A stretch of DNA of 62,573 nt, counting the filler, from Bipalium vagum (taxonomy: Eukaryota), in the NCBI GenBank assembly GCA_037834085.1. It is 3 parts of 3 records of this genome, joined end to end, with 100 filler letters (N's around TTAATTAATTAA, not from the genome) between each part and the next. Parts side by side here need not be neighbours in the genome. Positions count along the whole stretch, not along the records: positions 1 to 16,427 come from JBBMKC010111469.1; 2 more parts are not named here. One strand, written 5' to 3'. Below, piece after piece: positions 1 to 11,800 of the stretch. The position numbers and the translations under genes were made by a program. The notes below the pieces were generated by a model. That model made no database searches, had not been told where the DNA came from, and saw nothing but the letters and a program-made list of their open reading frames with translations. Each line of letters starts with the position of its first letter. Within the stretch, counting starts at the first letter, position 1.

Positions 1-162
1 TAATTATGTTTCATTTTAGTTTTTATGAAAATGTATGTTTTTCATAGTATTATATCATAGAGACTCATAGGCACTTTAGTGCGTTAACGCTGATAAAATT
101 TTTATGTGCTTTAGAGTTAATAATATACTTTAATAATAAATAGTAATATATTATAATTATTA

Positions 163-244
163 TAATATTTATTTTTAATATATAGATAATATTTATTTTT
201 AATATATAGATAATATTTATTTTTAATATATAGATAATATTTAT
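163..244. repeat. 24-bp AT-rich tandem repeat, ~3.4 copies
   Basis: taatatttatttttaatatataga repeated perfectly three times plus a partial copy. Confidence 0.85.
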
Positions 245-744
245 AATATATTAATCCAATTTTGAGTATGATTTGCATTAATAACTAACATAAATGTAAA
301 TAATAAATATATAGTCAAAGGTGTCTATACTGAACTGGTTTTTAGTGAACGTTCACTTAAGTTTTAAAAAGTATTTAGTTAATAGTTAAAACTTGCTATT
401 TTCTTTAAAAACTTAAAATATGAACAATGAACTAAAACAATAACCTTTTAATGCTATAGATGTTGTAATCTGTTTACTATTAATAGAATAATTACTAATT
501 TAACTTCGTATAGTGAACAAAGATAAAAAATTTGAAAAATTTAGTTATTAAAAATGAATGAAAAAGTTAATAACCAAAGAATGCTGTCACTAAAATAAAA
601 GATTTCACTTGCTTCTATCAATAAATTATTACATTAAAAAATGATATTATATAAGGGTTTTTGGTTTGTCAAAGTCATGAACCTTTAAAGTTATATTACT
701 TTAATTTATATAATAGTTTACTTTAGATAATATTAAAATATTAA

Positions 745-1640
745 TGGAAAAGAAAGAATTTGAAATTTGCACAGAGATATGCCGAAATCTGCGATCGTTG
801 CGCAGTACATAAAAGGAAATGCTGCAAAATCTACACTATCAATTTCTTCAAATTTCTAACATAAGCAAAAGACTGGAAGTGGCCGTATTCCTAAAGAATA
901 CTTACAAAAATGGTAGAGAGCATTAAGAAAATGATAGATCATACTCACGGTATTTCGTAAAGAAATCTGGATTCAAAATTCAATGTTACGCAACAGTATG
1001 TATGCCAAATGTTAAAAGAAAGACGGATATTCGATACATGAAAAAGAAAAAGGTTCCAAATCGCACACTAGCTCAATAGGCTGTAGTTCGTCCAAAATAT
1101 CGCCAGTTAATTAACCTTTTTCGTGGAAAAAATTGTGATTTTGGATGATGAGTCATATTTTCGTTTGCCAAACAACGACCTGGCTGCTAATTCTTGATTT
1201 TATACATCAAATATCGAAGAAACGCCTAGCAAAATAAAACTAAAGAGAATTGAAAAAATTGAGACAAAAATACTGGTTTAGATTGCCTCTCTGAAAATGG
1301 CCTAAGCCAACATTACAATGTTCCATCAGTTCACGCAATCAATAAAAATGCTATATCACCAAATGCATGAGTAAATTGAAAAAATTTATTACTCAGCATC
1401 ACAAAAACGATGAAGTTGTGTTTTGGCCAGATATTTCTTCTCATTACTCGTTAGAAACGCAAGATATCCTGAAGTCTAACAACATCAATTTTGTGCCAAA
1501 ACATTGTAATTCAGCGAGCTTGCCTGAACTACGACCGATCGAGGACTTTTGATCGTAATTCAAACGTCACGTTTACGATAAAGGCTGCTGTGTCGAAAAT
1601 CTTGATCAGCTTCGGAGAAGAATTGAATATTCGTTGAAGA
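745..1640 (+). mobile_element. Decayed Tc1/mariner-superfamily transposase, DD37E-like
   Basis: GSGRIP, ILDDESYF, FWPDISSHYS...LPELRPIEDF. D-E spacing is 36 here, one short of the family DLASSHY pattern. Many stops and frameshifts; TIR pair not identified. Confidence 0.75.
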
Positions 1641-2108
1641 ATTTTTTATTTTGTTTCGAAATTACCATGCTTTGATTATTTAAAAAAATCCGCATTATTT
1701 ATTTGTACCCATAATAATATTTTTTACTAATATTTTATTATTTGATTTTATTATTATTTTCTTTTCAGGAAAATATTGTTTAACCTAAAAAATAAGAAAG
1801 GATTTTAAACCATGCAAAAATATCAACAAAATAGTGAAAAATCTTTGACAAAAATTGATATTTATATGAATGATAAAAATGACATATGGTAAACTTACAT
1901 TTTCTCTGTTGAGCTACTTCAACGGGAATTAGGCAAGTAGAAACGAGTAAAGTTAATAAAATATTTATTTACATAAAAATATTTTTATGAAGAGAACTGG
2001 AAATATGTTTAAAAAAAGAAGAGAAATAGTTTTATGAAACTTAGGGAAAATATTAAAATTTAAATTTAAAAAATTAAATATAAAAAATAAAATAAATAAA
2101 GATATATA

Positions 2109-2176
2109 AATGTTCAATATTTCACTTTATATACTAATTTATATTTATATTTAAATAAAGTGAAATATTGAACATT
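2109..2176. repeat. Perfect 22-bp inverted repeat with 24-nt spacer
   Basis: aatgttcaatatttcactttat (2109-2130) pairs with ataaagtgaaatattgaacatt (2155-2176). Confidence 0.9.
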
Positions 2177-2885
2177 AAAAAATTAATCTCGAGCAAATGG
2201 TATAATAAGCTTGCATAAACGAAGAAGCATTGCAAGAAGTAGAAGAAAAAGAAGAAATTAGAACTGTTCGATTAAAGAACTCAAGATTTTAGTTAAGAGG
2301 TTTAATTAATTAAGGATTAATTAGGGAGTCTCCTTTTAATAAGAAATCTGAAAAAAATTCTTTTTGGATTTCATTATAAGTAGTTTAACTCTCATGGAGC
2401 ACTTGAAGTGATTATACAGTAATGGTCTTAAAGCTTTTCAGCTGCATTTGAAAGACTTTCAGATAAAAAGGACGTAGACCCTTAATATATATTGACTAAG
2501 TCAAATTTGAGTATAACAAGTCATGAGCAAGATAAAGATTTAAATTTTATTTATTTAACTATTTCAAATCTTTGAAAACGAGTGAGAAATGCAAAGAATC
2601 TTTCAAAAACGATACTCAATGATGTAAAGAAGAATAAAAACATCGATGTTTTTAGGTGTGGTCATTACTTCTTTTGGGATTATAAGAATAATCATTTTTA
2701 AGTCGCAATATTAAATCCCAGAAACTCAACTTAATATACACCCATGTTTAAGAAAAACGTACCACTGATTATTTTAATGAATTTTACTGGAATTGCTGTA
2801 CCTGTTTAATAAATCTAATTTAATCAGATATCTGAATTTCAATAAGAACATAATTTAAAAAGGTAAGTAATTCATAAATGATAAG

Positions 2886-3446
2886 TGTTGGAATCCACTG
2901 TGAAATCCACAGTAAAATTGGTAAAAACCAGTCAGATCAAAAACAAATTCTAAAACAACGGATTGCACAGACCGCTGACGAACCTCAGGAGCCGATGGAG
3001 AGTGACGAGAGCTCTCCGAAACTCATGATCGACATTTGATTTGATAATTGATATTTAATAATAATTAATTAATTAAATAATTAATTAATCAACAGTTATT
3101 TAGTGATAGAAGGAAATTCTTCTCATTACTAACTTTTTAATATTTTCTTTATTCTTTTTTATTGTTCTCTCGCTAGTTCGATTCTGCTTCGATTTTTGTA
3201 TCAGGACTTCTTCGACTATCGTAAAGTCAAGAAGATATTTTATTAACTAACTAATCGTTTGTAATTTGTATATTGTTTGTTTATTTGAATAGATTCCTAA
3301 CCTTGCATTTGTGATAACAAATATACCTTATTTTGTTAATCGCCTTGTTTATTCGTGAGTTTTCTATTATTTACAATTCCTTGGAATTTTTGAGCCCAGT
3401 TGTAGGCCCCCTTGTAACAAATTAGCTTGCGATCTAGACCGTTACA
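2886..3446 (+). mobile_element. Candidate solo LTR
   Basis: TG...CA ends (tgttgg...gaccgttaca), near-match 5-bp flanks ataag/agaag, GC-richer non-coding body with T-rich 3' part. Confidence 0.5.
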
Positions 3447-3477
3447 AGAAGTATTCAAATTACATTTAGCAATTAAA

Positions 3478-3990
3478 ATGGGATTGGAAAAACACAACAT
3501 TTTGTACAACTAACGGAATTTGAAATATATCGAATGGTAGAATTTTATGAAAAGGAAATAAGTTTCAGAGAAATCATCTGATGTTTCGACAGAAATCATT
3601 CTACTATTTTATGAACATTGAAGGCGTGGTACGAGAAAGCACAGTAGTAGTGCACGATGTTGAAGCACAAATTAGTGTGAAGATAGACACCTTCATCTCC
3701 GATTTGAGTCGTTACCATGATTTCGGTCAACCCTTGTTTTTATCAGAGGTAATTTAAATAAATTTAGATACATTGATGAAATTCTGAGACCGTTTTGATT
3801 CCATTAATTGAAACAATTCCATGTAGTATTTTTCAACAAGACAAAGTGAAACCACATACTGCCAGTAATTAGCAAAGGCGTTGTATGAATAAGAAGTGAA
3901 AATAATAGCTTTGACAGTATATTCAAAAAATTTTTAGCATACTGGACATGTATGGGATATCATGGGATATCACTGTCTTTTTTTGATAGT
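3478..3990 (+). mobile_element. Highly decayed Tc1-like transposase fragment
   Basis: Residual FQQDKVKPHTA and HVWDIMG motifs. Confidence 0.45.
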
Positions 3991-6900
3991 CCTAAAGCAT
4001 TGGAATAATTAAAAATATGCCATATTGAAAAATAATTTTAATTAATATTTTACAAAAAAATTCAAAATATGTCGTAATATTTGGTAATATTTTTTCTACA
4101 AGTTTTTCAAAAAAATTTATTTATATAATTTGATCAAATATATATGATAATTTTAGGTTTAGTTTTAATTTTTTTATAATTATACGTTGTTAATGAAAAT
4201 TATCGAAACTCTTCAATACTTTGGTCGGACAGTTAATGTTCCCGTAATAGTTTTACAAAGCATATAAACTCAACGTTCGGTAGTTTGTTAATGGTAACAT
4301 GTGCTATTACTTTCAAAAGATAATTCAGTAATCGTCTTAAAGAATAGGTCATATTATATTTCATGACAACATTAGACGGACATAGCAGTAGTGAAGATAA
4401 GAAACCTAAGCTTTTCGACATCATATATTCCTACCTCCACTACATTTCACAGATTTCTCAACACCGATTATGAATTTCTAAGACTTTCTTTCTTATAAGG
4501 TAAAATCTTTAACACGCGAAGAATTTTTGTTTCTATAAATAAATATGATACTTATGATTTATTTAAGTTTAAAATTAAAACAAAAGAATGCTTGTTTTCA
4601 AAAATAAAACAAAAAATTAGTATTTTAATACTAATAGGGCACGCTAATCTAACTAGATATCTTTTTATATGGTTAGGTTTTATGATAATCCTATTGGCAA
4701 ATTAAATAATACATAGCAACAGTAATATTATATTCAATTAAATTTCAATTCAGAAATTTTGGATACGTCGATAGTTATCACACAATGTCTAACAATCAGT
4801 TATCAGTTAGTGAACACCTTTACGAGTCATACTCGAAATATGTTGTACTCTATAAATATAGCGTCAACCGAAGACTCGTTTGAATACTTCTTAACAACAA
4901 ACAACTGAGAGAATACTAATAAGGTTTATGATAGCGAAAACAGTAATAATGAAAATGGTAATAATCAAAAGATAAAGAGAAAATAAATAATATCAACAGA
5001 TAAAAATTATACATTAATAATGAAACGTTTACAGCATTATTAGTAAAAAAAATCAAAGATATCTCACCAGATTTGAGAAAAAGGGTCCAGGCTTCTAGAC
5101 CAGCCATGAATTTCCTTGTCAATTCAGTTCCGTGGAACCCGATCCTATTGAGAACTAACTGATATGATCTACCAATTGCCTAGGTTGTGTTTTTAATCTT
5201 TCTTCTACAATAAGATTTCTCCACAATACAACGTTCAACTGCAACGAATTGCAGTTGTCCCAGACCTGAGCGATAATTTATCCATCAATTCAACAGGGCA
5301 TCAAAGAATTGCTTCCGCCCTGACGGTAATTCTTCTCTGAAATTCTAAAGAATAATTAAAACTGAACGTGATTTTTTAAGTCCCTTCATGGCATTAATGA
5401 GAGATAAAAGCAGAATTCGAGAATAGAAAATGGTTTTCTCCATTAAACCCATTAGGGAAAATTGAGGATGACATTGAATTAACCTACTTTTAAAAAGTGG
5501 GAAATATTTCCCCTTAAACTATTTTTTAAATATTATTATAAATAATATTTAATATTTATTAAAAATTATTATTTTAAATATTAATATTATTATGTTTTTA
5601 TTATTTTTACAATTTTATAGAAAGAAAACCCCAAAAAATCTGCTTTAAAAAAATATTATCTATTAATTAATAATATATAAATAATATCAATTTCTGTCAC
5701 TTTTAATTTCAAATTAAAATTTTCAAAATTAAACTTTTTCTAATTAGAAAATAGTTTTTCTTGAAATTTAAAAAAGAAAAATTATTGAATTCGCCATTGC
5801 GTCAATCATAAATCTCTTAACTGAAATCAATATTTTTAATATCAATTATTGTTTATTGAATTATATATTGAAAATAAAGAATTAAATTAATTTTTCTAAT
5901 ATTAAGTTCGAATTTTATTAAACTTGTTATCGTGAATTAATTTGAAATTTATAAATTGTATAAAAATTTTTTATTAACCTATTTTTTTATTTTTATGCTT
6001 ACCTTAAATGTACAGAGAGAAAAAGTTTACACATTATCAATAATGAAAAAAATTGTTGTAAATATATAAATAATTTGACATTTTAATATTTAAAATTATA
6101 ATGCTAAAAGTTTACACCAACAGTACTTAAAAAGTAATTATTATTTAAAATTCTTTATGTTCCAGATAATTATTATAGACATTTAGAAAAAAACGATTAG
6201 ATAATTTTAGACACAAGAAATAATTTTATTTTATTTTTTTAAATGAAATTTTATTTAATTTTATATTATTTTTTTATGTTTTTATTAATTATTATTTTAA
6301 TTTCTATTACCATTTTTATTATTATTATTTTAATTTTTATTACTATTTTTATTATTATTATTATTATAAATAATATCCCAAAAAATTGACAAATAAAATA
6401 TTTTTAACATTGTTTTGTAAATTATAACAGATTGTTTTTATTATCACTTAATATTAGAATGTTTTACCATTTTAAGATGTAAAAAATGAATAAAATCAAC
6501 TATTTTACATTTTGCTTAACAAGAATATTCGTTCGTTTGCACTGGTAATAAAATTTTTATTACATTTAAGTGAAAATATTACATTGATAAATTTATTTTT
6601 ATGGTTCATTTATGTCATTTATTAATTGTTGTTGAATTACAATTTGTGATTTTCTCATAAATTTTGTTTATTTCTATTTTGAAAGAGGGGGTAACGAAAT
6701 TCATCTTTGATGAATTACTCCTTTCATTCTATCAATTTTTAATTTAGAATATTAAAAAAAAAAAAAAGATAAGAAAACATAACAATTAAAGAATTGATTT
6801 AGCTTTGGTAAGTTTTAATGGTAATCAAACTAAACTAATTGCTAATTTATTATAATTAATTTACTCTAATCAAGTATTTAAGATGAATAATACTTAGAAT

Positions 6901-7461
6901 ACTAAAATAATTATGGATAATTGATAATTGAATAGTGCACATATTTTATAATATATAATTTATTGTGTACTATGTGTAGTGAATGATTATTAAAGCTCGA
7001 TACTTTTAAGAGAAACAAAAAAATACTTTATTCAGAAAGATGTTTTTAATCGTACACGTCACTAATCTTTCACATTATTTCAGTACAATTTCTTTGTTAA
7101 TTTAAATTGGACCATTCCAAGACTTATTTTTAAAAATTTTTGTCTTAAATGCTACGCAGCAGGCGAATGAGTCATTGATCAGAATAATGAGAGATCTGAA
7201 GTAGCCAGATTTTTTGTTTGGTTATCAAATAAGTTTAAAAGTTTTTGATTCTGAAAAATAGATTTTTTCTCTCCGTTCAGTGCGCAATGAAAAAAAAATT
7301 ATTTCATTCCTTTGATGCAGCATTTAACTGATTGATATTTCATACTTTTATGACAATTATATTTATTCCTTTAAAATTGTTTATTTAAGCAGCTAGAAAT
7401 AATTTTCTGATCACCTTCTAATCTTATATGAAGTTATTTTCGAATTTGGCTCTCATTTTAA

Positions 7462-8261
7462 TGTAATTATTATTTATTATATAAAGTTCCAAACTTGTAT
7501 TTATATCAGAACTGTGATTTTTAAAAGATTTTTCATGAAACAATTGTTGGATTGGCTCAAGGCACAAAATTTATTAATAATAATAATAATAAACATAATA
7601 ATAAAATATTAATTAATAATCAGTGGATAAACAAATATACCGATACCGAGATAATAATAATGATAATATTAACAAAAGAATTTGTCTCCATAATAGAAAA
7701 ATAATAATAATAAATGACCAAAAGTTTCGGCGGTGAGTCTGTGGGAGTTAAATTATTAATTTTTTTGGGGTAAATAAGCTCCGTCTTTGGAGCAATTAAT
7801 TTCTTTGTCTAACTTTGTCTCGGTGTGGAGACAAAGTTAGAAATAATGGGCTATTGATGGAAATAGCCGTCTCGAAGCGTAGCGATTGTTGATCGTAGCC
7901 CAATCTCTACGACTATATAAAGAGACGGCTATTCCCATAAAATTCCCAGTAAACGTCGAAAATTGATTCTATTTTACTTTGTTAACGTCTGAAAATAAAG
8001 AAGATTTTATTCTGTAGACGTCCAAATTGAACGAAGATTTTATTTAGTTAACGTCGGAAGATAAAGAAGATTTTATTAAGCGTCGAAAGAGATTTTATTG
8101 CAATCGTTCCAGTTTCCAAAAAATTTTGATTTTATTCCGTCAATGAACATGTAAGAAGATTTACCAAGGGGACCCATCGAGTTTGAGAATCCTTAGGTGA
8201 TCTGCAAAGGACCTAGAGGACGACCAGGGGACACCTTGTTGCTCCTGATGAGACCGTTACA
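7462..8261 (+). mobile_element. Candidate solo LTR with internal hairpins and tandem repeats
   Basis: TGTAA...TTACA termini, flanks tttaa/tttat, TATATAAA at 7914, same 3' end (gaccgttaca) as 2886-3446. The left boundary is uncertain. Confidence 0.5.
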
Positions 8262-10603
8262 TTTATTATTTTTACTTATCGATTTCTTTCTATTCGTTTG
8301 GTGATCATTCTCCTAACATTTATCGTAGAATTATTTTGTTTACCATTATTTTTTTTTTATTTTGAATATTAATTATTTTTTTAAAAATTGATTTAAACGA
8401 CATTGGTTTAGTTTTGTTTGACATTGGGAAATATTCTGTTATTATTTGTAATAACTATTTATTGGAGCGAAGCTTTTATTGCGACGAGAGTGTCGGACTG
8501 TTGTGATACTTTTAATAAAGTTTTATTGTGAATGTTTTGATTCAGTTTTCAGGGTGCGGATAAAATAATGTAGTGCGAGTTTTTTTTTTCAGATAGAAAG
8601 CAGATAAGGTTTTATCGTGATAGTTTTGATTCCAGTTGAGTTTAATCGAATTACGAGTACAACATCATTAAAGCGAGGAGATACTGACAGACGAGCTAAG
8701 GTTACTTGGTTAAAGAATAATAGTATGAAGAACTTTTTATTAGTGCACTAATAATATAAATGAAAGTATTTCAAAGATCACCTTTTAATAGATTTTAATC
8801 ATGAAGTTTGAATATTTAACAAACCAAATTTGTATATAAATGGTATAAATCAATTATATATTGCATTTTAAGAAAACTTTGAGGATAAATAAATAACTTC
8901 AATTGATTTTAATAGCCTCATTAATTGTTATTTTTGATTCATTTTTTTACCGTTGATTAACTAAGATGATTTTGAGTTACAAGTTTTTTCTTAGTCGGAA
9001 GACTAGGTGAACTAAGATTTAACCAATTGATTTTTGGGGTAAAACTTCTGAGTATATCAAGTACTCTGTTATTTTGTTTTTGTGTTCCACATTGTGTTAT
9101 AAGAAATGAATCTTGATTCGTGTCATTCCGTTGGTTTCTGAGGCTTTTACAGTACTAGAAGTCAACTATAAGTGAAAGAGTTGGATCTGAGTTAAATTAA
9201 AAGGTTAAAGGCTATTAACATTTCTTAATGATATTAACTTTTTATACAGAAAATTTTAATTTATGATATGGTTAGTAAATTTTATATAAAAATGTTTATA
9301 AATAAAAAATGACATTATTATAAAAACAGACTGTAGGAGTACTGAATTTTATTTATATTTTAGAACTACCATTTAAAATTGTTATGTATACATTAATATT
9401 ATTATTTATTTTTAATGTAGGAAGTGTTGGTTTCTAAGAATATTTTTATTACCATTTATTTCAGAAATATTAAATAATTAAATTCTTTAAAATGAGCAAA
9501 ATAATTCTTAAATTCTGAAATTAAAAAATTATTATCAATGGAAAATGATCTCATCATCCAGAAAAATTATAATATTAAAGAATTTCGCATATTCACTGAA
9601 CTTCAATATCTACTAGGCAGTAATGGAACGGTTGCAGCTATAAAATCAAAATAGATTAGCAGCTAACGGACACCATGTTCAACGATAGCTTATATAATTC
9701 ACCAGAAAATATATTTTTTTAATCTGAAGCAGTTGCTTCCGAAACAGTCTTGTAGGCCTTGTTGATCAAGATTAGTATCAAAATTTATGAAAAATTCAAA
9801 AAGTTTTCAAATTTCAGGTTTTGCTTTCAAATGAAAATTTGAAATCATTTTTATGTAAATTAAGATCCAAAAAATGAACAGATGACTGTTGAATGACGGT
9901 CAGAAAAATAATTAACTGCATTTATTTAACTTATTTTGTCATTTTACAGCAGAAAGTCATATAAAATCCAAAATCTCGTATACATCAGTCAAATAATAAA
10001 ACAATAAATCTTAAAATTTGTCAAGGGTACATTAAGATGTTACTTCAAAAGAAGAAAACCAAAATTCACAATGGAAGACAAAGGTTCAATAATGAGAAAA
10101 ATATCGAGTTTGTCTGTCTAGAATTTTTTCAATCTCAGAACAGAGATTGGTACCTCCGTAATCTTCAGCAGTTGAGAGACATGGGTTCAATAATCCTCTA
10201 GCTTCTTTAAATATTATTTATAACTTTATATATATAGATTTTCAACCTGTCGATGTTTCATTATTAAATTAAGTGAAAAATTTGTTTTTATTTTAAACTC
10301 AATATATTATATTATATTATATTTTTTTTAGTTCACAATGTTTACGATAAATCTTAGTCTTAGTTCAGTGAAATTTTCATAAATTTTGATATTTATTCTT
10401 TAATCAAAGTTGAAGATATTTTATTAAATAAATAAATAAAATAAAGTTTAATTTTAAATTAATATTCCAGTTTATTCACAACCGAGGAAATAAACGCGTT
10501 GTCTGTCAATTTTGTATAAAAGTGTTTTATTTGTATAAAAATCTGAATATGTTTAGAAACTATATAAATTTGAGTTTTGTTTAAATGAATAAGTGATGAA
10601 AAA

Positions 10604-11366
10604 TACTACTATGTTCAAACGGTAAGGTGACTTATAAATGGGAAACTTAGACAAATATTTGAGTCCAAACAAACTGGTATTTCTATATTGCCACAAAATT
10701 CACCTATATTTTTGGCGAATTTAATTTTGATATGTCAAATAAGAAAAAGTTAACAGTTCTTTACTTATATCAATTAATCGACCTTTTTACGATTTTTAAA
10801 ATGTCTATCAATGCCACCAAAACTTTTCAAATGATGCAGACAGTATTTGGTGATCAATGCTGATCCAGAAAAAATATATTCAAGTGGTATAAATTGTTCG
10901 GAGAAGGTTGTAAATCACTAGAAAATGAAGCTTGTTCTGATCGAAATCAAGATTCTGTTAACAGTTTTATGGATTATCGTGGTGTAGTTCACAATGAATT
11001 TCTTGCAGGTTGTACCGTAAAATAGATTATTATTTACAAGTTATGCGTCGTTTACGTGAGGTGATTCTTCAAAAAAACCATATTTGTGGGCGGACAATTC
11101 ATGGATTTTAAACCACGAAAACGCCCTTTCTCACAATGCCATTATTATATATTGAGATTTTTTAGTTATAATCAATGAAACGAAAAACGATGTTATGAAC
11201 ATTCCGAAGTGATTTTGAAAAGAGCTTTCTAAATTGGATTAAACGTTGACGAATGTGTATTACGATAGAAGGAGAGTACTTTGAAGTATAAAAATAAATT
11301 TTGGTGATTAAATAAATAATATTTGTTTTATCTTGAGAGTCACCTTACTTGTTGAACGTAGCAGTA
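10604..11366 (+). mobile_element. Internally deleted mariner (irritans-like)
   Basis: ~29-bp TIRs (tactactatgttcaaacggtaaggtgact / agtcaccttacttgttgaacgtagcagta), TA flanks; relic FKWYKLFGEG, DYRGVVHNEFL, YYLQVMRRLRE, NSWILNHENA. Confidence 0.88.
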
Positions 11367-11379
11367 TTTTAAATTTCAG

Positions 11380-11800
11380 TATGGATATGGATTTGGTATT
11401 ATTTTGGCATTTGAAATTTAAGCTGTAATTAGACAATCAAGCAGCAAAGAGATTTAATTTAGACCGATGTACATGTTACGCATTTTCCAAACTTGTGAAG
11501 AAGTTTGAAGAAAATGGTAATATTATCAATTTATCTCACGACATCTTTCATAAGCGAGTGGACATTAAACCGCCATTAAATGTTTAATTGCCGATATAGA
11601 TGGTAAGGCGTCCATTCGAAATATTTAACCTGCCTCGGTTCAACAAAATTTAAAAGAGAAGTTAAAATCTTTTAAAATGCATTGGATTCATGAACTGGAA
11701 CCAGATGACCATGATAAAACAGTTAAAATTGTCCTGTGGTTATTGCAACATCTAAGATATCCTACTTAGAATTTTTTATGGTGATGATTACAATTATTGG
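11380..11800 (+). mobile_element. N-terminal fragment of a Tc3/rosa-type transposase
   Basis: KLVKKFEENGNIINL ... KMHWIHELEPDDHDK helix-turn-helix-region pattern. Confidence 0.45.

Noticed and set aside
7141-7203. LNATQQANESL, similar to the TQNANES motif of Mutator-like transposases
   Set aside because: Single short motif with no supporting frame or termini.
7950-8165. CRISPR-like repeat/spacer appearance
   Set aside because: Units are degenerate and irregular, the context is eukaryotic and there are no cas genes.
9480-10200. Possibly decayed coding sequence
   Set aside because: Stops in all frames and no motif I can assign; needs BLASTX.
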